A DNA stretch of 64,000 nt from an uncultured virus (IMG/VR IMGVR_UViG_3300005077_000019) (IMGVR_UViG_3300005077_000019), one strand, 5' to 3'; shown: positions 1 to 9,701, counted from the first letter of the stretch. The notes: a model not told the origin generated them from the letters alone. Numbers and translations are program-made.

Positions 1-127
1 CTGCCCCACTTTGAATCCCGGTTTCTTGGCCATAGCTACATCCTTTCCAATGGTTAGTACACTTATACCCGGAGGTTGACTTTTGTTCTTCTGGGTGTCG
101 CCCTCTCCTTGATCAAAAGGGTGAGGG

Positions 128-152
128 CAAAAGAGAGCCCCAGGGGCTCTCT
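128..152 (-). terminator. Intrinsic terminator closing the RAMP/array operon
   Basis: Hairpin agagagccc/gggctctct followed by TTTT on the minus strand. Confidence 0.7.
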
Positions 153-174
153 AGTGTGGCCGCGCTACTTCACG

Positions 175-422
175 CCTGTACCCTGCGTGCCGGTCTCGTT
201 CGATACATCACTTGACGAACCAGCTCAGGTCTCTCCATACCTGCCGCTCCGATGTCGTACTTCCCGGTTGACGTCGCTGCTGTACTTGGCGTGCCTGTCC
301 TGCGCTTCCATTCCCGTCCGGGCGGTGTCTGATCTCTACACTTCAGGCGCTGCCATACCTGCCCGTCCGTTCCTGTTCCTTCCGTGTCTTGCGCGTCCTA
401 GGTGCTCCTATCCACTACCGCC
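175..422 (-). repeat. Array C: about 4 units of 5-nt-periodic GGN-NN repeats
   Basis: Plus-strand delimiters cctgcg/cctgcc/accgcc at 182, 240, 299, 358, 417 (spacing 58, 59, 59, 59). Confidence 0.75.
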
Positions 423-890
423 TTACGCAGCCTGTTGCTGTTGGATAGCGATGAGTTGTTCAAGCACCGTCTCCAGTGCATTCCGCATCCCCAAGATATC
501 GGAGACGCCGCGTGCGCGCTCCACAGCCGCAATCGCCCTCCTGATCTCGTCGTTGAAGACCTCCCGAGACTGCTCCTGATGCTGCGCTACTCGATCCAGC
601 GCTCTGTAACCGGAGCTGGGCGGGGCGGTGGTCACCGAGACGTAGTGGGGGACATCATTCAGCTCGTGCCTGGTGGTCTGCTCCACGTAGCGGACACGCC
701 GGATCATGGCACGCGCCTGCTCCCTCCACCTCTCCCAGGCAGCCTTCTCCACGTCCCAGGTGAAGCAGGGGTGCATCGGGTCGTTGGGGTTGTCCCTCGC
801 CGTCCTGATGACGAGGTCGACATCGAGGTAGCCGGTCTCGTCTTCCAACTCTTTGAGTCTATTTCTGATCGCTCGTTCTCTTGCTGTCAT
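423..890 (-). CDS. Small accessory protein co-transcribed with the RAMP-like gene
   Basis: 155-aa ORF with RBS (GGAG), lying between arrays B and C; motif HPCFTWDVEKAA..R..QARAMIR. Confidence 0.75.
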   Translation of the reverse strand: MTARERAIRNRLKELEDETGYLDVDLVIRTARDNPNDPMHPCFTWDVEKAAWERWREQARAMIRRVRYVEQTTRHELNDVPHYVSVTTAPPSSGYRALDRVAQHQEQSREVFNDEIRRAIAAVERARGVSDILGMRNALETVLEQLIAIQQQQAA

Positions 891-897
891 TTGATCT

Positions 898-1325
898 CCT
901 TCCTGTCCCGGCCTGGCCTGCCTCGCCGGTTCATGTGAAGCCTTTCCATGCCCGCCCCGACCCAGCCATCGCGCTTCTGGTCTCTCCTGCCAGTCCTCAC
1001 CACGTATTGCCCGTCCTCACCCGGCCGATTCAGTCCCGGGCATTCCGTTCCTGCCGATACGTTCCAAGCTCCTTCTTGTGCCTCCGTCGCACTACAAAGC
1101 GCGTCCAGCCTCACCTGCCTCTCCAATGGAAGCCCATCCTTGGCTCTCCAGATTCCGCCCGTCCTTACCCGCCGGTGCGCTCCCGTCCGTTCCTGTACTG
1201 TCCGATACGCACCCGGCCTTACCAGTGCTCGACTCACCTGCCTACTCTTGCCGTGCCTCGGTTTTCCGGGACGGGTACATCCGGGCCTCTCCTGCCCATC
1301 AAGCCGTTCCCATCCTGGTCACCAG
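898..1325 (-). repeat. Array B: 6 full units plus partial ends of 5-nt-periodic GGN-NN repeats
   Basis: cctgcc/cccgcc delimiters at 917, 986, 1050, 1114, 1168, 1237, 1291; spacings 69, 64, 64, 54, 69, 54, all 5n+4. Confidence 0.85.
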
Positions 1326-1356
1326 ATGTGGGGAGCCCGAAGGTCCCTTTGTACTG

Positions 1357-2244
1357 CTACGCCTGCGCCTGAGCCCGGGCGCTCTTGCGCTTGGTGGCCT
1401 TCTTGGCGCCGTTGCCCTTGTTCTCAGCAGCCGCCTCGATCTCCTTCTTGTCGAAGCCCCGCCGGACGAACTCCTCCTTCCACCAGTGGAAGAGCTCCTC
1501 GGACTCATCATCGTAGAAGTCCGGCGCTTCCATCGCCGTGATCTGCTCCGCGCGGCCGCAGTTGTTGACGATGCCCAGAAAGCGCGGGTCGTCGGGCGAG
1601 ACCACCTCGAAGCAGCCGAAGGTGCCGCTGCCCTTCTCCGCGCGCCAGTCACCGATGCCGCGCATGAAGCCGGCCGCGGAGAGCAAGCGGAGGACGACCT
1701 CCTGGCGCAGCACGGGCTTCACGTAGGTGAGGCGGACTTTGGTGGCCCACTGCGGGACCACAGCCCTGGTGCGGACGTCAGGCGTGCGGTTCATGTCCGC
1801 CATGCGGACGATTGTCATGCCCAGCCTGGGGATCCCCCACAGCGGCACGCGATCTTGGGGCGCGAAGAGAAGCCTGGAGAGCTGCGCCTTCGACGTGCCG
1901 GTGTCCGGGAGATCGAGGGGGAGACTGGCCATCGCCAGCTTGACCCCGGCTGCCACGATCTCCAGCAAGGTCTCGGACTTGGGGTCCTTGTTCGTGTACG
2001 GCGACTGCCGGTACTCCTCGTGGGGGATGTGCTTCAGGTTCGCCTGCTTCTGAGCCGACGTCTTCCTCCCCTGGGGAAATAGCAGCTCGCGCTGCGCCTT
2101 TTGGCTCATGCGGTTGAGCCAGATCGGAGTGGTACCCAGCAGGCACGCCTCGAACTCCCCGCGCTCGACGATTCCGATCTCCACCACTTTCTGTTCCTTC
2201 TTCTTCTCTGGCATTTCTGTCTCTCTTTCTTCTGGTGTATTCAA
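1357..2244 (-). CDS. Cas7/RAMP-like (RRM-fold) protein, VIPR-like effector candidate; alternative start at 2214
   Basis: N-terminal LLGTTPIWLNR strand and C-terminal glycine-rich loop AGFMRGIGDWRAEKGSGTFGCFEV, typical of RAMPs. Confidence 0.7.
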   Translation of the reverse strand: MNTPEERETEMPEKKKEQKVVEIGIVERGEFEACLLGTTPIWLNRMSQKAQRELLFPQGRKTSAQKQANLKHIPHEEYRQSPYTNKDPKSETLLEIVAAGVKLAMASLPLDLPDTGTSKAQLSRLLFAPQDRVPLWGIPRLGMTIVRMADMNRTPDVRTRAVVPQWATKVRLTYVKPVLRQEVVLRLLSAAGFMRGIGDWRAEKGSGTFGCFEVVSPDDPRFLGIVNNCGRAEQITAMEAPDFYDDESEELFHWWKEEFVRRGFDKKEIEAAAENKGNGAKKATKRKSARAQAQA

Positions 2245-2259
2245 TGTTCATTGTGGGTG

Positions 2260-2711
2260 TGCAATCGACCCACGATCAAATAACCACGCCAAGTCCCTCC
2301 CCGCTTCTGCTTGACCTTCCCGGCGAAGTCACGCTCCTCCGGTCCTGCCCGTCCATACCTCTTCGCGGCCCTCCTTGTGCCACCTGTCCACTTCGGGGCA
2401 ATCCTTTCTCTGCCTGCCTCTCCCGTCCTGTCCATACCCGGCCCAGTCCGGCCCTTCCCCGTCGCGCCTTGTAGATCCGCACCTGCCTCTCCACTCCGAT
2501 TACTCGCCCATCCGATTCTTTCACCACCGCGCCTCGCCTTGCCGCACCTGCCTCGTCACACCAGCCCCAGGCTAACCATGTCGTTTCTTGTGCGGTCTTC
2601 TCACTCCCGTCCAGACCTGCCTTGCCAGTTCTTGCGATGCCATGCCTCGTCTCAGCAAGTTTTGGCCATCCCTCACCTGCCGTGATCAGTAATAATCGTG
2701 GGTCGATTGCA
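2260..2711. repeat. Perfect 17-bp inverted repeat flanking array A
   Basis: tgcaatcgacccacgat at 2260-2276 and atcgtgggtcgattgca at 2695-2711. Confidence 0.9.
2285..2681 (-). repeat. Array A: 6 units of 5-nt-periodic GGN-NN repeats
   Basis: Delimiters at 2285 (cacgcc variant), 2344, 2413, 2482, 2547, 2616, 2676 (spacing 59, 69, 69, 65, 69, 60). Confidence 0.85.
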
Positions 2712-2716
2712 TATTT

Positions 2717-2750
2717 CTTATACCCTTGACAGACGCTTTTTGATTGATCA
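2717..2750 (-). promoter_or_regulatory. Putative phage promoter (GGGTATAAG) for the array/RAMP operon
   Basis: Same ATAAG box recurs upstream of many genes in the window. Confidence 0.55.
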
Positions 2751-3342
2751 CCATGCCCTTTGTGGAGGTGCTCAATGTATGTGACCGTCCTTGATGTGCG
2801 TGGCACACACGTGAACAACCCCGACTGCCCCATGCACCTGGCTCCCTTGCCCAACGACCGAGGATGGTACTGCGTGGACTGCGGCTGCGAGATCTTGCAC
2901 AAGAGGCTCGAGGTGGAGAGTCGTCACCTCGACTTCGATGACCTGGCCGGCCGGATGGGAGGTGCGGTGACGACTGTCCATGGCCGCCCGCCCATCACGC
3001 CCGAATGCACGTGCAATGACCCCGATGCCTATCGGGGTTGCCCTACACACGGTCACGTCCCGGATGGGACGGAAGGCAATCGGGGATGATCCTCTACGCC
3101 AAGCCGGGCACGCACTCAGCCCGGTACATGAGGGTCAAGTACAAGCGCAAGCTCCCACAGCTCAACGACTGCTTCCAGGCCCGAGACGCATCCGCCGGCC
3201 GGCACGAGCGGTGGTCCAGGTTCTGCGTGTGCGAGATCAAGGTTGTGGGTGGGCAGATGCTCTACTTTCTGGAGAGGATGTGAGCGGGATTGGGTTCATG
3301 TCATCCCCGGCACTCGAAGTATGATTGTTTCGGAGGTGACGC

Positions 3343-3666
3343 ATGAAAAGGGTAAGCATCGAAGTAGACCTGGAACTTCTGAGAGCTGTGTCCAAGAAGG
3401 CGAAGCAGCTCGAGCACGAGATCCTCGGACGACGAGCAGCACACGAAGCCCTGCTCGCTGAGGTCCATGAGCTGCGGCAAACTCTGCATAGCATCGCCCG
3501 CCAACATGGCTTTGCACTGCAGTTTGACCCGGATGACCTCACACCCGTGGACCCTAGGCCACGTAGCGATGCAACAGTTAACCGCTTGGTGGCGAGCTTG
3601 GAGGAGATAGACGAGAAAGAAAAAGACCTGGAGCGGCTACTCATAGCCGCTACCAAATCTAGGTAG
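3343..3666 (+). CDS. Hypothetical coiled-coil protein
   Basis: ORF with GGAGG RBS. Confidence 0.65.
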   Translation: MKRVSIEVDLELLRAVSKKAKQLEHEILGRRAAHEALLAEVHELRQTLHSIARQHGFALQFDPDDLTPVDPRPRSDATVNRLVASLEEIDEKEKDLERLLIAATKSR

Positions 3667-3871
3667 CACCCTGGAGGAGATCTCATGACCAAGAAGCTCC
3701 TGCGCTACATGCGCTCCATCCTCTACCGCCTCATCGGCCGGCACCTGGTGCCCAGATGAAACAGTTCCTCGTGTCCGCATTCATCATCACAGCCATCGCC
3801 ATCATCCTCTACCTCATCTCCCCCTTCCTGCTCTTCCACTGAGGGCTAAGGACGGCCGAAGCCGTCCCCCT

Positions 3872-4249
3872 CTACGTGTGACACTTGCTGCAGCGATTCA
3901 CCAACTTGTAAGTGGTGCCCTCGATCTTCTTCTTGCCATAGTACATGAAGTTTCTGCGCACCCCTCGGAGTCGTTCGGCCGGGATGAGCTCTTTGCAACC
4001 AGTACACCAGTAGGTCTCGTGAGCGTTGCATAGCCCATTCTTCTTCGTGGGTAGGATGCGCTCCTCACATCCCTCGTGCGCGCATCGGACTAGCTTGCCC
4101 CTCTTGCGCTCCGCTGCCCTGTCCTCGATGAGGTCTTTCCTGAACTCCTGCAATGAGTCAGCAAACTCATCCCGGTGTGTCCGCCGTAGAAGGACCTCGA
4201 TCAGCCTCAACATTGCGAATATCCCTTCGTACTCTTCTTTGTGGGCCAT
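3872..4249 (-). CDS. Hypothetical Cys-rich protein
   Basis: ORF with RBS and several CxxC motifs. Confidence 0.65.
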   Translation of the reverse strand: MAHKEEYEGIFAMLRLIEVLLRRTHRDEFADSLQEFRKDLIEDRAAERKRGKLVRCAHEGCEERILPTKKNGLCNAHETYWCTGCKELIPAERLRGVRRNFMYYGKKKIEGTTYKLVNRCSKCHT

Positions 4250-4278
4250 CTCTCACCTCCTTTCGTTTCCTGTTGGGC

Positions 4279-4713
4279 CTATCGAGTGGGCATGAAGTGT
4301 TTCAGGCACTCGCGCAGCTCTTTCAGGGAGGTCTTCCCCATCCCTGGTATCGCTCTCAACTCTTGGTCAGTCATGGCGACCAATCTGCCGATCATCCCGT
4401 CCCGGTCTTCTGGGTAGGCCTTGGCCAGAATAGACTCGAGTCGCTTCGACAGAGGCAGTGCCAGGATGTCCCCCCGGCATAGATGCTCATAGTCCAATTC
4501 GACAGCAGCCAGCTTCTTCCTGGCGTACTCCTCATTCCTGCGCGTCTTTCTCAACTCCTTTCGTAGACGTGCCTCGCTCTCCTCCTCGTCTTTCCTACCC
4601 CCAAAAGCCCGCAAATAGGCCAAGGTCCCTTGGCAATGCCGCAAAACGTGCTGCGTCGCTTCCAGTCGTTTCAGTGTGGCGTCAAGGTGCGTAACAAGAG
4701 TTTTTGTCTTCAT
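4279..4713 (-). CDS. Protein with RNA polymerase alpha-CTD-like domain
   Basis: DILALPLSKRLESIL...IGRLVAMTDQELRAIPGMGKTSLKELRECL matches the alpha-CTD HhH pattern. Confidence 0.75.
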   Translation of the reverse strand: MKTKTLVTHLDATLKRLEATQHVLRHCQGTLAYLRAFGGRKDEEESEARLRKELRKTRRNEEYARKKLAAVELDYEHLCRGDILALPLSKRLESILAKAYPEDRDGMIGRLVAMTDQELRAIPGMGKTSLKELRECLKHFMPTR

Positions 4714-5983
4714 CTACAGCTTCTCCTTTCTGTGCTTCTCTTATACCCACACCCACCACCATCTTCCCCGACCCGGCCGGAAACCCGACAGGGTAGCAGT
4801 ACACCCAGCCCTCCCCCCCAGTACCAGGAGTAGAGCGCTAGACACCGCAGCCGCTCTACCCCCCTACAACACGTAAGTGTAGTTTGCCTTGGAGCACGCG
4901 GATCAAGTTTTGGCTTGATTGTGTAGTAGTGTCGAGGGGTTACAGGTGGCGATCAAGCCCAAATCGATAACCACGCTTGACTTCTGAGGAATCCACGTCA
5001 TTGTGAAGGGAACATGGGTTCGTCGATCCAACATGCCGGCTGCTATACCGGCCACACCCTGGGCAGTAATAGACCAAGGTCCCTGGGCAATAGACCAAGT
5101 TCCCTTACCACTACTACCACTACCCTGGGTGGGGTGAATGAAGCCGCTCTACTATGTCGGCCAAGAACGACTGAGATGAACCTGAGAAGAACCATGGAAC
5201 GGTGTCCGAGCTGCAACGATGTGCTGGAGATTGCCCGGCCGCAGATTGGCGACCAAGAGGCTGTCTGCCGGTGCGTCCACTGCGGGACGCTCATCATCAT
5301 GGACTCCCATCCGGCCGCACCGGCTAAATGGCCGGCTGAGTCGATGTGGGCCCATGCGCCGGTGTTCGGCCAAGTCGGCATCTGGCTCAACTGAGCCCAC
5401 AACCGTTCTGCGGCTGAAATAGCTCCTCCCCTCCTGGCCGGAAATGACCGGCAAACCATCCATGGGCTCGAGCTCTCAGTATGATCATCATCGTCAGCTC
5501 AGTTAGCTATATCCCCAGCAAAAGTGTCGACTGAACGACCCAGGGTCCCATGTGTACCGGGTACAGGAGTTCTTGTGATCAACTATTGATCAGTCGGTGG
5601 GGGTATCACGGGCGTACCCGGGGTGACCCCCAAACGGGGCGCTGGGAATTTTGGGGGTGGGCCTATGTCGAGGGGTCTTACCGGTGGGTCTGTCCGGCCG
5701 GGTCAGGGGGAGCGGACCTTCTTGGCGTAGATGAGGTAGATGGCCGCCCCGCGGGAGCAAGCCGACCGGAGAGTCCAGCCTTGATCGGCCCGGCGTTGAA
5801 CCTTCTCCTGAAGCTTGAACTGCACGTACTCGGAAGACTCGTGAACCCCCGCCTCGTGATGCAACACCTCGACTTCGATCTTCACCTGGCCCATGCAAGC
5901 CATCCTATCCCCAGTAACCCGCCTGTCAAGAGGTAGCCACTCTACCTACAGGAACAGGAGTACCCCCAGATGACCACTACACC

Positions 5984-6478
5984 TTGGTCAAAGAGGTTGA
6001 CAAAAGTACCGAGGGAGGTACCATCCTGATCATGAACAAGCCCAACTGGACACCGAGGCACCCGGAGGACGTGGCTGACCTGCTTGAGCGTTACCAGCGA
6101 GGGGAGGAGGGGCTTGGCCTGATTCGGCTGAGGGAGCTGGTGGAGGCGAGCAAGCTCAAGCAGGAGGTGAAGGACCTCTTTCTCCGGCAGTGCGCGACCG
6201 GGCAGCTCTACCCGGAGGACTTCCGGCCGAAGCAGGTATGGTCGAACGAGTGCCGGCTGGTCATCCATCGAGAGGGGGATGAGGGCAAGCCTGGGACGGT
6301 CTCTTCCCGGCGGGGTGAGATGGGGCTGGACCACTTCGTGGAGGGACGCCGCTCAGCCCTCTCCTTCAGGGTCACCATCGAGAGCATAGACCCGACCGGG
6401 GAGCACGAGCTCTTCAGCAAGCTGGAGGGTGTACCGGTGCGGGTGGTAGTCTACCGGGTCCCAGGGGGCCACAGCTAG
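5984..6478 (+). CDS. Hypothetical protein
   Basis: ORF with phage-like codon usage; start uncertain. Confidence 0.6.
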   Translation: MVKEVDKSTEGGTILIMNKPNWTPRHPEDVADLLERYQRGEEGLGLIRLRELVEASKLKQEVKDLFLRQCATGQLYPEDFRPKQVWSNECRLVIHREGDEGKPGTVSSRRGEMGLDHFVEGRRSALSFRVTIESIDPTGEHELFSKLEGVPVRVVVYRVPGGHS

Positions 6479-6487
6479 GAGGGTACG

Positions 6488-6964
6488 ATGATCAAGGCCA
6501 GGTACGTGATGCACAAGGTGTCCGGGGGATCGACCGGTCGACCGGGCATGGAGCCACAGATCCACTTCTCCGGCTTCAAGGTGGATGAGGGGGAGGGGTA
6601 CTGGGTGATGCCGAAGAAGCTGGTTGCTCTGCTCGAGGGGCTGGGGTTCGAGCAGCAGAGCGATCAGATCTGGACCGGCCCGATGGACGTGGACGGCTTC
6701 AACATGGACGAGGCGCTTCAGTGCGTGGCCGACTACGTCGACGTGACGCTTGTGGGCCGGCGCAAGAAGCTGAAGAAGGGCTACAAGACCTACTTCGAGG
6801 CGTCGATCGACACGGACTGCCACGCCAGCATGGTGGGCACCCTGTCCGAGGCCGCCAGTGCTTCCGAGGCACTGGACAGGGCCTACCTGAAGTGGAACCG
6901 TCTGGGCCGGCCGGTCAAGGGCGTGACGGCGTTGCAGGCGGTGCTCAAGGAGCTGAAGCAGTGA
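6488..6964 (+). CDS. Hypothetical protein
   Basis: ORF with GGAGG RBS. Confidence 0.7.
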   Translation: MIKARYVMHKVSGGSTGRPGMEPQIHFSGFKVDEGEGYWVMPKKLVALLEGLGFEQQSDQIWTGPMDVDGFNMDEALQCVADYVDVTLVGRRKKLKKGYKTYFEASIDTDCHASMVGTLSEAASASEALDRAYLKWNRLGRPVKGVTALQAVLKELKQ

Positions 6965-7299
6965 CGCGGGTGGAGAGGGAGACGCTTCAAGCGCTGGCCA
7001 AGCTGGGTCGGAAGACGGGTCACACGGTGCGAGAGGTGACCAACGTCCGCCTCAAGATCCGGCACACGGGCTCCAAGCGCTGGGACGAGACACCCTGGGG
7101 ACAGCACCCCGGCATGACCGCCCAGGAGCTCGGTCAGTACTACGCGGTCACGCGCAAGTGGCTGATGGCGTTCGTTCACCGCGGGCTAGCCGAGGCGGAG
7201 CACGATCGGGTCAAGGCGGGGAGGAGTCTCCAGTTCTTCGTGGGCCCCTTCTTCAAGATCTCCAAGCAGGGCCAGAAGGAGATCAAGTCTGCGGGCTAA
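6961..7299 (+). CDS. Hypothetical protein (GTG start overlapping upstream stop)
   Basis: GTGA coupling. Confidence 0.55.
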   Translation: MTRVERETLQALAKLGRKTGHTVREVTNVRLKIRHTGSKRWDETPWGQHPGMTAQELGQYYAVTRKWLMAFVHRGLAEAEHDRVKAGRSLQFFVGPFFKISKQGQKEIKSAG

Positions 7300-7519
7300 G
7301 GAAGACTCACCCGGAGAACCCGGGGAGCCTACTTGCGGCTGGTGAGCGCCTTCACGACCGCCTCCACCTCGATGGCGACGGTCATCGCGAACCCCAGCGC
7401 GAAGCCGATTTCGGTCTCCTCCTCACGGCGGGAGATCGCCGGCGGGCCGTGGACGTAGCATACCTTCTCCGGGTTGACCCAGAGAGCCGTCCCATCCTCC
7501 TGCGTGAGCTTGACGAGCC

Positions 7520-8137
7520 TCATGACCGCTTCTCGCAGAGGCAACCATCGGCGTAGGGGATCCCGCACGTCGGGCAGCTCGGCCGGCGGGCCGTGGCCAG
7601 GATGACGTCCACAACCTCGACCGCCCTGTAGCACGCCGGCGTCTCCCCCGTCTTCGGACGGTCCCCCTCCAGCCCCTTCTCCGCCCGCATCTGCAGGCAG
7701 GTTGGGTGGTGGGACGTTCCGAGGCAGCCGCTGCACGGCGCCTCAACCGAGGGCCGCGGCACCCGCTTCTTGCCGTCGCAGATCCAGCAGTAGGCCCAGG
7801 TGGACCCGAAGGCGTCCCAGGCGTAGGGACCGGTCAGGATACCCGCACCCCGGCACCTCGGGCAGATCAGCACCCTCTCCGGCTCCGCCTGAGCCCGTCG
7901 CCACGCCTCCCTGCGCGCTTCGAGCTCCTCCGCGCGAGCCTTCCCGGCACGCTTGGCGGCGCCGGCGGTCTCGAACCCGCCCGGCCCCTTCTCCACCAGC
8001 TCCCACGTGGTGTGGGAGGTCTGACCGAGCTTGCGCTCGACCAGCGCGTCCTCCTGCCCATCCGGGCAGGAGAACACCATCATGCCCGGCCCGTTCTTGT
8101 ACGGGGGCGGGTACCCGAACAGCACGAAATTGGCCAT
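7520..8137 (-). CDS. Zn-finger-rich hypothetical protein
   Basis: CxxCxGxG motifs; RBS and promoter motif upstream. Confidence 0.65.
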   Translation of the reverse strand: MANFVLFGYPPPYKNGPGMMVFSCPDGQEDALVERKLGQTSHTTWELVEKGPGGFETAGAAKRAGKARAEELEARREAWRRAQAEPERVLICPRCRGAGILTGPYAWDAFGSTWAYCWICDGKKRVPRPSVEAPCSGCLGTSHHPTCLQMRAEKGLEGDRPKTGETPACYRAVEVVDVILATARRPSCPTCGIPYADGCLCEKRS

Positions 8138-8238
8138 CTAGCACTCTCCTTTCCTATGGGACTTATGCCACGATCTGATCGACTTTTCAGGGCTAGAGAA
8201 TGCCGCAGAACTTCGCGGCAGAGGAGGTATGGAGACGC

Positions 8239-8640
8239 CTACCACCCGCTCCCGTCGCAGGTGTAGACTGACGAGAATCCCAGCCGGCGTAGAGCCGGCC
8301 CGGTGAGGTAGACCTGACCGCGGTCCTCACCTTGCGTGGGGCGAATGCTGAGCGACAGCAGGGACCGGCTCGTGCCGGTCCCGATGTCTCGCACCGCGCA
8401 GAGCGCGGTGATCTTGATGCACCCCTCGGTCCAGACCTGAACACGGACCATGTAGCCGCACGATCCGGGCTGGAGCTTGCTGACCTGGTATGCGACGGGA
8501 GTGAGGCTCGCCAGCCCTGTGGTCCAGTTGGTGCCCAGGGCCAGGCCGAGCCTGGACTCTGCACCCCCCGCGTTCCGGACGAGAAGGGAACAAGCCTTCA
8601 CAACACTACGAACGGCGGCGGGGATACGGCTCGTCTTCAT
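8239..8640 (-). CDS. Hypothetical protein
   Basis: ORF with AGGAG RBS. Confidence 0.55.
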   Translation of the reverse strand: MKTSRIPAAVRSVVKACSLLVRNAGGAESRLGLALGTNWTTGLASLTPVAYQVSKLQPGSCGYMVRVQVWTEGCIKITALCAVRDIGTGTSRSLLSLSIRPTQGEDRGQVYLTGPALRRLGFSSVYTCDGSGW

Positions 8641-9058
8641 GGCAACTCTCCTTGCGGCGTGCTAGCCGCTGAAGTGGGCTTTCGCCCCGATGAAATCCGC
8701 ACCATGTCAGGTGCAGACCGATCGAAAATAGTTCTTCCTTACCTACTGGGCTTATCTCTGTTTATTGATCGATTTTGCAGGTAAGGAAGAACGCACCCGA
8801 GAACCGGGGCGTCCTAGAAGGGGAACAGAAAGGGATTGTTCCTTCGGAGGGAGAACTCATGCACGTCCCCTCCGTTCCGCTTGAGCACGTCGCGGATGGC
8901 CAACGTGGCCATCCGGGGATCCGCGTACGATTGGGCCGGCTCCTCGGTGGGGATGAGGTGGTGGACGCCATCCACCATCTGGTAGGCCAGGATGTTCGCC
9001 CCACCGATGGAGAAGATCGTGTAGCCCTTCTCCGTGATGGTGACCTCGATGCGTTCCA

Positions 9059-9613
9059 TCAGTCGGCCACCACGCTGTGGGTCGACCAGTACGCGGACGA
9101 CTCCCTAGCCAGCTTCTTGATCTCCTCCACGGTCACGATGTCGTAGTCGTGGTTGCCCCCAGCGAGGTTGTGGACCAGGCGCCCCGGCTGCACCGGCCCC
9201 GAATCCCCGGCGAGGACGGCGACCAGGACGTGGGTGGCGTCCCCGAGGTCCTTCTCCCCCTCCTCGACCTGGCTGTCGGCCAAGAAGGCCTCCCGCGTGT
9301 AGACCACGCAGGCGAGGAAGGTGATCGGCGTCGCCTTCTCCCGGCGAAGGAAGGCCTGCACCTCGCCTCTCCACTCCCGGAGCACGTAGTCGTCCGGGTT
9401 GCTGGAGGAGAGCCCCACGCCGCTCGCCACCAGCTCGAACATCGAGCTGGGGCACACCACGAAGTGCTGCCCCGGCGTCCTGTCCTTCGAGGAGTCGTGG
9501 TGCTCGAGGGCATCCAGCAGCGCGGCGATGAACGCCTCCGGGTGGATGACCTTGCTTCCGACCGTGATGGACGAGAAGGCGGTGAGCTTGCTCCACAGTG
9601 CGATCTTGATCAT
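9059..9613 (-). CDS. Hypothetical protein, possibly DUF3228-like
   Basis: RBS; VVYTREA and PVQPGRLVHNLAGG motifs loosely recalled from that family. Confidence 0.6.
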   Translation of the reverse strand: MIKIALWSKLTAFSSITVGSKVIHPEAFIAALLDALEHHDSSKDRTPGQHFVVCPSSMFELVASGVGLSSSNPDDYVLREWRGEVQAFLRREKATPITFLACVVYTREAFLADSQVEEGEKDLGDATHVLVAVLAGDSGPVQPGRLVHNLAGGNHDYDIVTVEEIKKLARESSAYWSTHSVVAD

Positions 9614-9664
9614 GTCACTCTCCTTGTTGTTGAGGGGAACAGTATGTTCTCCTTTCCTACTCGC

Positions 9665-9701
9665 CTTATCTCACCTAACTGATCTATTTTGCAGGTATAA
9701 G
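9665..9701. promoter_or_regulatory. Divergent promoter pair CTTAT-N11-GATC-N12-ATAAG
   Basis: Lies between divergent genes 9613(-) and 9732(+). Confidence 0.6.

Noticed and set aside
175..2681. Classical CRISPR array or TIGR array
   Set aside because: No 25-40-bp identical repeats, no cas1/cas2, no box C/D-like motifs or Nop-domain protein; conservation is pentameric
76..2902. Overlapping ORFs across the arrays (e.g. 76-579, 881-1372, 887-1237, 2276-2902)
   Set aside because: Low-complexity P/R/G-rich translations of the pentamer repeats, with no RBS
8645..8725. Hammerhead-like ribozyme in a structured leader
   Set aside because: Core CUGANGA/GAAA not matched exactly; only hairpins are supported
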